This document shows, in pieces, positions 54,814-64,000 of a DNA stretch of 64,000 bases. Made by a program: the position numbers and the translations under genes. The DNA lies in assembly GCA_012295275.1 (NCBI GenBank), contig CM022667.1, positions 6,944,001 to 7,008,000 of the forward strand, given 5' to 3'. How positions within the stretch are numbered: the stretch's first letter is position 1; every line of letters starts with the position of its first letter. This stretch comes from Chrysomallon squamiferum. Its lineage: Eukaryota > Animalia > Mollusca. Under the pieces are notes generated by a model. The model saw only the letters and a list, made by a program, of their open reading frames with translations, searched no databases and was not told the DNA's origin.

Positions 54814-55519
54814 CTGAGATAAAGAATATAGAATACAAAATATGTACATAACTGTACTGTTTATCTCACTGATGTACTGTTTTAGAATCAAAGTTATAAT
54901 AAAAATTTCTTAGTTTTAAGCAAGTATGAATTAAATAGCAATTAATCAGTTACGGTTGTCCTGTTTACTGGTGTCACGGTGAAAAAAATAAAAATATAAA
55001 ATAAAATAAAATAAATAAAAATATAATAAAATAAAATAAATAATTAAATCAATAAATTAATAATTAAATAAATAATATTAATTTCAAAAATTAAGTTTAA
55101 AACATTGAAAATATCAAAACAAATAAATATCAAACTGTCATTATTTATTTATCTATTTTATTTTGTTTTATTGTAGGTATTTGTTTTAAATTAATATTAC
55201 TTTCTTATCTTTAGCATCGGTTATTAATAAAGTGAATTTACTCATCCAGCTTTACAGGAGCAGTTAGCCTGTGATAGCTGTTTCGTGCTTTCCTCGGGCC
55301 GACCTCTCAGGAAGATACGAAACCGACACATCATCTGGAATACTTTTTCGATCAGCTACGCCATTTTGAATGTTAGCTTGTGGGACGTACTTATAGTACG
55401 AAAGGGGGCGTGGCTTACTGAGTAATTGTGGAAACATGAGTGACGTATCTATGAGTGAAATCCAACAGAATTTCGCAGTTGTATTTATAAAGTCAAAAGA
55501 CAACAGATGCCGAAATGAT

Positions 55520-55588
<69 letters not shown>

Positions 55589-56134
55589 TCTCTGATTATA
55601 ACAGTCAGAACATGATAAAACAATTAGGAGTTACAGTATACAAATAGTAACTAGAAAAAAAGAAAAACTCGCAATATATTCTGAATTTAATGTTTTAATC
55701 ATGTATATACATTGCATCCTGCCTCTAACATCGTTATGTGTATACAACCCGAGATTGTTGCTTTTCTCTGTCAAAACTGATACCACGAGGATACATTATT
55801 AATAATTACTGTGGCATTATGTGTTATATTTGATTATAAATTCCCTCTCAACTTTCTTTTTCCTTCTTTTTTCTTTTTAAAAACCCATCCATGACGTCAT
55901 ATTTGGAATCCATCCCCTGCTTTTACGCAGCTGAATTTCTACGCAGCGATTCAGTTAGCCACGTGAAAAATTACGCAGTAAATCATCTCTACACAAATTT
56001 GATTCTGAGTCGGATAAGATAAAATAAGATCAAATATTCTACAATTTTAATTTTTTTGTTTTCTTTTCTTTTTTAATGTTTTTCAATCAGAACACATTAT
56101 CAAAAAATTACATTACAAAAATTGCCTACACCAA

Positions 56135-57625
56135 TGTCATTACACCAGTCACGATGTACAGTCATTACACCAGTTATATTGTACAGTCATTACACCAGTC
56201 ATCCTGTACAGTCATTACACAAGTCACCCTGTACAGTCATTACACTAGTCAGGCTGTACAGTCATTACACCAGTCACACTGTATAGTCATTACACCAGTC
56301 ACACTGTACAGTCATTACACCAGTCATCCTGTACAGTCATTACACCAGTCACGCTGTACAGTCATTACACAAGTCACTGTACAGTCATTATACCAGTCAC
56401 GTTGTGCAATCATTACAGTCATACAGTCATTACACCAGTCACGCTGTACAGTCATTACACAGTCATTACACCAGTCGGGCTGTACAGTGTACAGTCATTA
56501 CACCAGTCACTGTACAGTCATTACACCAGTCAGGCTGTCATTAGTCATTACACCAGTCACACTGTACAGTCATTACACAGTCATTACACCAGTCACGCTG
56601 TGCAGTCATTACACTGTACAGTCATTACACCAGTCAGGCTCAGTCATTACACCAGTCACACTGTACAGTCATTACACCAGTCAGTCAGTCATTACACCAG
56701 TCAGGCTGTACAGTCATTACACCAGTCAGGCTGTACAGTCATTACACCAGTCAGGCTGTACAGTCATTACACCAGTCACGCTGTACAGTCATTACACCAG
56801 TCACGCTGTACAGTCATTACACCAGTCAGGCTGTACAGTCATTACACCAGTCATGTACAGTCATTACACCAGTCAGGCTGTACAGTCATTACACCAGTCA
56901 CACAGTCATTACACCAGTCATCATTACACCAGTCACGCTGTACAGTCATTACACCAGTCACGCTGTACAGTCATTACACCAGTCACACTGTACAGTCATT
57001 ACACCAGTCATGCTGTACAGTCATTACACCAGTCAGGCTGTACAGTCATTACACCAGTCAGGCTGTACAGTCATGTACAGTCATTACACCAGTCAGGCTG
57101 TACAGTCATTACACAAGTCAGGCTGTACAGTCATTACACCAGTCATTACACCTGTACAGTCATTTACACAAGTCAGGCTGTACAGTCATTACACCAGTCA
57201 CACAAGTCATTACACCAGGGCTGTACAGTCATTACACCAGTCAGGCTGTACAGTCATTACACCAGTCAGGCTGTACAGTCATTACACCAGTCAGGCTGTA
57301 CAGTCATTACACGCTGTAGTCAGGCAGTCATTACACCAGTCACGCTGTACAGTGTCACAGTCATTACACTAGTCACGCTGTACAGTCATTACACCAGTCA
57401 GGCTGTACAGTCATTACACAAGTCACTGTACAGTCATTACACTAGTCACGCTGTACAGTCATTACACAAGTCAGGCTGTACAGTCATTACACTAGTCACG
57501 CTGTACAGTGATTACACCAGTCACGCTGTACAGTCATTACACCAGTGATACTGTACAGTCATTATACAAGTCACACTGTGCAGTCATTACACCAGTGATA
57601 CTGTACATTCATTTCACCAGTAACA
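56135..57625. repeat. 26-bp minisatellite
   Basis: gtacagtcattacaccagtca(g/c)gct over about 1.5 kb. It accounts for the 490-aa ORF. Confidence 0.95.
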
Positions 57626-58192
57626 CCATACACAATACCATTCCTCCTTGTATATATTATATATGTAGTGACTATTTATTTCAGATATACGATTGAAATG
57701 AACATGCTGAATGTTTACGGCTCAGTTTTATAAGTTCGATGAGTGTACTCGGTATTAACAGTTGAACCTTATCAGTAGAATGAATACAGTTAATATATAC
57801 AGATGAGTTTTTTGAGTAAAGTTAACATACTGACCAGTTACAGTTCAGTTTTATGAATACATAGAACATACTGATACTTACAGATGAGTTTTATGAGTAA
57901 AGTTAACATACTGACCAGTTACAGTTCAGTTTTATGAATACATAGAACATACTGATACTTACAGATGAGTTTTATGAGTGAAATAAACGTTCTGAGTATT
58001 CGAGGTAAAATTTAAATTACACTAAATGTACTGAAGTTGACAGCTGTTGTCTTATTGAGCATTATCAGCTTCGTTATTGTTATGTGTGTAATTACCAAAC
58101 ACACACTGAATAAGCTGAGTATCTTTTATTTATTTATTTACCTTACTTTCTAATTTATTAATTAATTTATTTATTTGTTTTGAAATGTTCAG

Positions 58193-61100
58193 AGCAATGT
58201 TTACGGATGGACTAAAAGAATGTCACGAAGTTGAAATTGTGCTGAATGGTGTCACAGCAAAGGGAATGGCCAACCTTACTGAATTTGCGTACACATCAAA
58301 GAGCAACATTGACTGTGGTTAGTATCATCATGTTTTTAACTCAAGTACCGCCCCAACCCTCATTGACAAACAGCAGACACTAAACATAATCTAGATAAAG
58401 ATTTTTTTCTATAATTATTAAATTATACATTCATTACCATTAGGTTCAATCCGTGTCAAATCACCCCGGAAAAATATATATTTTAAACCACCAACCTTTG
58501 AACCTTCTGTCTCAGGAACTACTGGGCCAATCTTCATAAAATTGGTATTGTTGAAAAGGCAATATGACAAGGATTCCAAATCTGCCATTATTGTTCAATT
58601 TGGAGAATGTTGGGGTGCACTGACCTTTAGACCTTTGTTATGACCTTGATCTTGACCTAGTGATGTCCTTTCTTGAAACTTAATCTCTCACATGTTAACT
58701 AAAACATATAAAAGTTTCAGAGGTGTAATTTGCTTTTGTTTAGCACCAATACACATTCAAAAATTGCATGTCCATGCAAATAGCACCTTTTCTGCCATTA
58801 ACATCTGATTAGCTAAAACCTGAACGACCAATTCCTGATGCTACGAATCAACATCTCTCTTGATCACCAGGTAATACATTGTAGGCCTACATGCTACAAT
58901 AATATTATATCAAACTACTTCCTTCATTGACTTGTCACCACTTCCCCCATAGTCTTGCAATTCTAGCATCATCCTTTTTACATAGAGTACATCGCTCGAG
59001 AAGCTGCAGTAGAAGGTGTATCAAAAGAAGATGCAACAGGAGATGTCCCCTTCACTAATCCAACAAGTGTCTTCTTCGTTTGGCCATAACTGAAATAACT
59101 TTCCAACCGAAAGTCATCTTCATGATGGCACAGGTTAACACAATTGTTCTTATTTTTATATGGTCCAGCACTGCCATCAGTGTCACGAAATAGCGCAGTG
59201 AACTGAATTCATCTTCAGACTAGCTTTATCTCAGGAATAATCACTGTATTGCTTTAAAATATAGTGGTCATAGTACTAGTAAATGTATCACTATTCTTAT
59301 ATTAGACATAATACTATTTGATGTAACAATAGTCGAAGTTTTAGTTGTAAAAGTATCAGTGTTGTAATACCCATAGAAGTATTTGTATTCTAGTAGTAGT
59401 ACTAGTATTATTACTACTACTGCGAGTAATAATAATGATGATGATGATAATAACAATAATCATAATAATAATTAAAGCAATATTAAAGCCTCAAGTAGTA
59501 GCAGAAATCGTGGAAGTAGTCTCATAGATGTAGTAGTAGTAGTAGTGGCATATAATAGTAATGTAGAGGGAATGTTAGTATAATTAGTATTACTAGAAGA
59601 AGTGGTAGGATTAATTATAGTGCTAGTTGAAGAAGTAGTGTCAGAAATAGCTATTGTAGTAGTTGTTGATACAGTGGTGATGCTACTAGTAGTAGAGGTG
59701 GTAACAGTATTTATGATAACAAACGTAGCAGTATTCGCGATGATGGTGACAGTACTAGTTCTAATAATAAAAGTAGTAATAGCACCATTAGTAACAGTAG
59801 TAATGGTAGAAGTACTGGTGGTGGTAGAAGTGATATCAGTGGTGGAGGTGGTAGTCGTAGTACTAATAGTTGTAGTAGTAGTAGTGGTAGTCGTAGTAGT
59901 AGTAGCTGTAGTAGTGAGGTGAAGGTAATAACAGGAGCTTACTGGGAGTTATAATAGTAACAGCAGTTCTAGAAGTAACTACATCACTGGTACTAATACC
60001 AGTAGAGGAAGATGTAGTATTAGTAGAAACAGTTAGGAACAACAGGTAGTGGAAATAGACAGAGTAGTAGAAGAATTAGTAGTAGAAACCTCTAATTGAC
60101 ATGTGCTCAGTGGGGATTTCACCAAGGGATTTCAAGGAGTTCCTGACATGCCTGAATCCACTCTTTCTGTTAACCCTTTGGGCCTGATTGTGTAGAACAC
60201 GTCATGCCATTTGGCATCTTTTCATTTCCTTGAGGAATTCCTTCAGACACGTCAGGTGGATTTTGATTTCACAGATGAGCTTTTGGTCTCAGAGAAGTCT
60301 ATACATGTAGATTGTCATGCATTGCATCAATTATCCATGCTGGTATGCATATTTAAAATCAAGACTGTGGCTAAACAAAAACGATTGGACCTCTGAAACT
60401 TTTATATATTTTGGTTAACATGTGGGAGATTAAATTTCAAGAAAGGTCATCTCAAGGTCGTGTGATCCACTATTTCAATTTCAAGGTCGTAACAAACGTC
60501 TAAAAGTCAGTGTACCTCAACATTCTCCAAACTAACAATAATGGGAACAAAACCAATTTTATGAAGATTGGACCAGTAGTTCCTGAGACATGAGGGTTCA
60601 AAAGTTGGTGGTCACAGCCCGTTTGGCAGAAAATCTCAAAAGTTTAGGGCGGAGGGCATCTCTCCCACATCACTGGTCCGATTGGTCCCGATCAACAAGT
60701 ATACTAAGTTTCATAAAAATCTGAGATTGTCGGGTTTAACCCATTGTGTGATTTGAAACGGAACGAACCATTATTAGTATCATTATTATTACATTCTATA
60801 CTGGTGTTGCTTTCATTCTTCTTGTTATTTTTTATCAGTAATAGTAATATTACATTGTATATTGTTGCTGCTTTCATTCTTCTTGATATTTTTTATCAGT
60901 AAGAGTATTATTACATTGTATATTGTTGTTGGTTTCATTTTTCTTATTTTTTTATCAGTAATAGTATTATTGTTACAGTTATTGTTATTGCTGTTGTCCT
61001 TTTTGTTGTTATTATTATTATTTCAGACAATGTGGTTGATGTCCTTGCTGCCGCTAGTCACACTCAGATAGTGCCTGTCATCACAGCCTGTGAAGATTAC

Positions 61101-62560
61101 CTCAAGATACACCTGTCTCTCAACAACTGTGTTGACATAGCCAACGTTGCAGAGTTGTATTCCTTGAAGCCACTTGAGCAGTTTGTCTTCCAGTTTATGT
61201 GTAAAAACTGGCTCATTTTGTCCAAGTCTTGTGACTTTCACCGACTACGACAATCCCAGCTTATGACGATTCTCAGTTCAGGTTTCCCTGTCGACTGCAG
61301 AGAGGTTGATGTTTTTCTTTCACTCCTCTACTGGGTTGATCATGACGCTGAGACAAGGATGGACTCAACTTTACAATTACTGAACCAAGTATTATTTGAA
61401 AATATCAGTGTGCTGGATATGAAGTGTGCTAGTAGCAAACGTGTGTTTCTAAACGTATGTTCTAAAGTACCAAGTCTTTCAAATATGGTAAATTCTCTGA
61501 TCATGACAGCAGATTGTAGCAAACACTGCGCACTCGCAGATTCATCTACTTACAGTTTAGCAAGGAACACTGTTCCAGGACTAAACAATCTACGTGGATA
61601 CGAACAGACGGTGTTAGTAGCCGGTGGCTTCAGTAATGAGAGTGGGACGACTAGCAGTATTTGGTTTCTGGACAAGTTCACCTCTTCTCTTAAATGCCTG
61701 ACCAAAATACCTCATGTGGACCAGTGTAACTTTGGCATGGCCACACATAACAACAAACTGTACATTGTAGGTGGATGTTTCAATGATCAGATGCAGGAAG
61801 TTATTCATCCTTTTGGATTCTGCTACGATCCTAAAGAGGACAGATGGCAGAGCATTGCTCAGATGACCCAGGAGCGATGTCGTTTTGTGCTAGGAGTGGC
61901 AGAGAACAACTTGTATGCAATAGGAGGGGATCCATATGCATCAGACATTCAACTGCAGGGTGCTCCCCTGTGAGCGGTATGATCCAGATACTGACAAATG
62001 GGAAAACATTGAACCTCTGCCAGGAAGTAGGACGCAACATGCAGGTACAAACTCACAACAATCGACTCTATATTTCTGGTGGTTTCCAGGAGGATGAAGA
62101 TGTCCTTGATGACGTCTGGTGCTTCAACTCGAGTAGTAACCAATGGGAACGAGGCTCTTCTCTGCTCGTAGCACGAGCTGACCATGCCATGTTTGCACAT
62201 GATAGGAAGATTTTCGTTATTGGAGGCTGGTACTGTGACCCCAACACACGACAGAGGGTCCTGGCATCGTCCATAGACTGCTACGACATCGATAGTATGG
62301 TGTGGCAAACGGTTGCATCTCTGAACGAGTGTCGACTGTATGCAACCTACACACTGCTGAACAGCGAAGTGTACGTTATTGGCGGCTGGCGTAACGGGAA
62401 ATACAGACAGAAATGCAGAAGTGTAGACAAGTTTGATGTTAATACTCTGAGGTGGAGCAAACAGTGTGACGATGACTTGGAACTGTGGGAACACAACACA
62501 AGTTGTTTGTACATTCCCAAATCTCTGAAATATAATTCACTGTACACGTATGAATCTTGA
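58193..62560 (+). CDS. BTB-BACK-Kelch protein (KLHL26-like), 5'-incomplete, with two single-base frameshifts
   Basis: Exon 58193-58317 (AMFTDGLKECHEVEIVLNGVTAKGMANLTEFAYTS, BTB) splices in phase to exon 61027-62560 (NVVDVLAAASHTQI...ACEDYL...NCVDIANVAELYSL, BACK, then Kelch repeats VAGG/IVGG/AIGG/ISGG/VIGG/VIGG). There are +1 homopolymer slips near 61965 and 62050. Confidence 0.85.
58443..60769. mobile_element. Non-autonomous DNA transposon with long imperfect terminal inverted repeats in the Kelch intron
   Basis: Left end ggttcaatccgtgtcaaatcac vs right end (reverse complement) ggttcgttccgtttcaaatcac. Imperfect inverted similarity of 58443-58750 with 60368-60769. ATTA flanks both ends (candidate TSD). 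Confidence 0.7.
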
Positions 62561-63496
62561 TTTATATTTAACTGAAGAAAAAAGCTTGTTTAAGATTCAA
62601 CTATACATCTCTTAAACATGACTTATAATAAACTATACACGCCTTTGCTTTGCTCAGTCTCAGTGTGTCTCGTTCCCGCAGTCGGTCAATCGTCACTTTA
62701 GTATAGGTCCAAAACAAGATAGCGTGTCTACTCATTTGTATTTTATTTTATTCAGAATAAATAAAAACGAGTATGTGTATTTGCAGTATCAGCTTAGTAA
62801 TATTCGGCAGAACGAATTTCCTCCGTTCTGTTATTGCAGAATAGAATGCAGAAAGGTACAAACACTGAAAAACATACAAAATATATATTTGGCAACGTCA
62901 AGGCAAATCAGATAGTGTGCTCATTTTGTCCAAATTTGATTAACTGAATCTTGGAAGCCATATGAAAATGTCCCAAAGAATCATCATTACAAACTGTTAA
63001 AATTTAATTTTTTAAAATGTAATTTATTGAAAACTATTCAATTCTTTTATTGACTACAATAAAGAAAAAAAAAATCAAAATCTTACAGGGACATATAATT
63101 GAAACACAGCAAGGATAATTCTAAATCAGAAAGTTTCCATTTGTTAAAACCTGCCATTTTTTAATATTATTTTTCATACGTGTGTATATATGTGTTTTAT
63201 GTATGTGTATCACAGTGTGTGTGTTAATGAATTTCATAAATATTATTTTCATGTGTACACAGTGTGTGTGTTAATGAATTTCATAAATATTATTGTCATG
63301 TGTACACAGTGTGTGTGTTAATGAATTTCATAAGTATTATTTTCATGTGTATCACAGTGTGTTTGTTAATGAATTTCATAAATATTATTTTCATTGTGAG
63401 TATTTTGTTTGATTTATCGTCATAGCTTCAATTAAAAATAATCATCTTAGAAAAAAGGGAAATGGAATATCTGCTGTGAAAACATCATTTTCCTCT

Positions 63497-63754
<258 letters not shown>

Positions 63755-64000
63755 CTGAAATAAACAAAACGTTAAATACAAATGTAACATTTATTTGAAA
63801 AATAAAAGGGAAAGTTTAATATATCGTGGCAGTTTAACATTGTTTCCTTTCTAATATATCTGTAGATATTTAAAATTAATTTTTATATTTAGTAGTCAGG
63901 TATGTGTGAGAAGTAAGTTGTAGGTCAGGGAACACGTAGCGCTGACTGCAGTTGTGTGGTTAGAAAAGTCTGTTGTTGTGACAGACCAGTGTACCGTACA

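Noticed and set aside
56076-57548. 490-aa ORF
   Set aside because: A 26-bp tandem repeat read through cycling frames, with no domain signal.
61960-62055. Programmed frameshifting or split Kelch gene
   Set aside because: Both shifts are +1 in homopolymers and the other copies have different run lengths at these sites, so sequencing error is the simplest explanation.

Overview
AT-rich, microsatellite-laden animal genomic DNA with spliceosomal introns. The repeat style suggests an invertebrate, possibly a mollusc, but that is inference. There is a 200-N scaffold gap at 45637-45836. Genes reconstructed by hand from GT-AG junctions and reading-frame phase: (1) COG7 on the minus strand, 23 coding exons, 2801-16189; (2) a purple acid phosphatase (ACP7-like) on the plus strand, 9 exons, with an unusual C-terminal TM helix and YSHV tail; (3) a secreted LamG/ConA-like + PAN/apple-like protein on the minus strand; (4) a cluster of small single-Ig-domain genes (signal peptide + atypical 4-Cys Ig domain + GPI-like hydrophobic tail) with intact, degenerate and partial members; (5) three partial copies of a BTB-BACK-Kelch gene. 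The right half is a duplicated block, with one inverted and one direct repeat around the gap. Two observations stand out. First, two otherwise near-identical Ig gene copies differ at about 18 residues confined to the N-terminal and central part of the Ig domain, suggesting a hypervariable recognition receptor locus. Second, many minisatellites in COG7 and the LamG gene are tandem copies of the adjacent exon edge plus its splice site. Most ORFs in the supplied track are translations of microsatellites.
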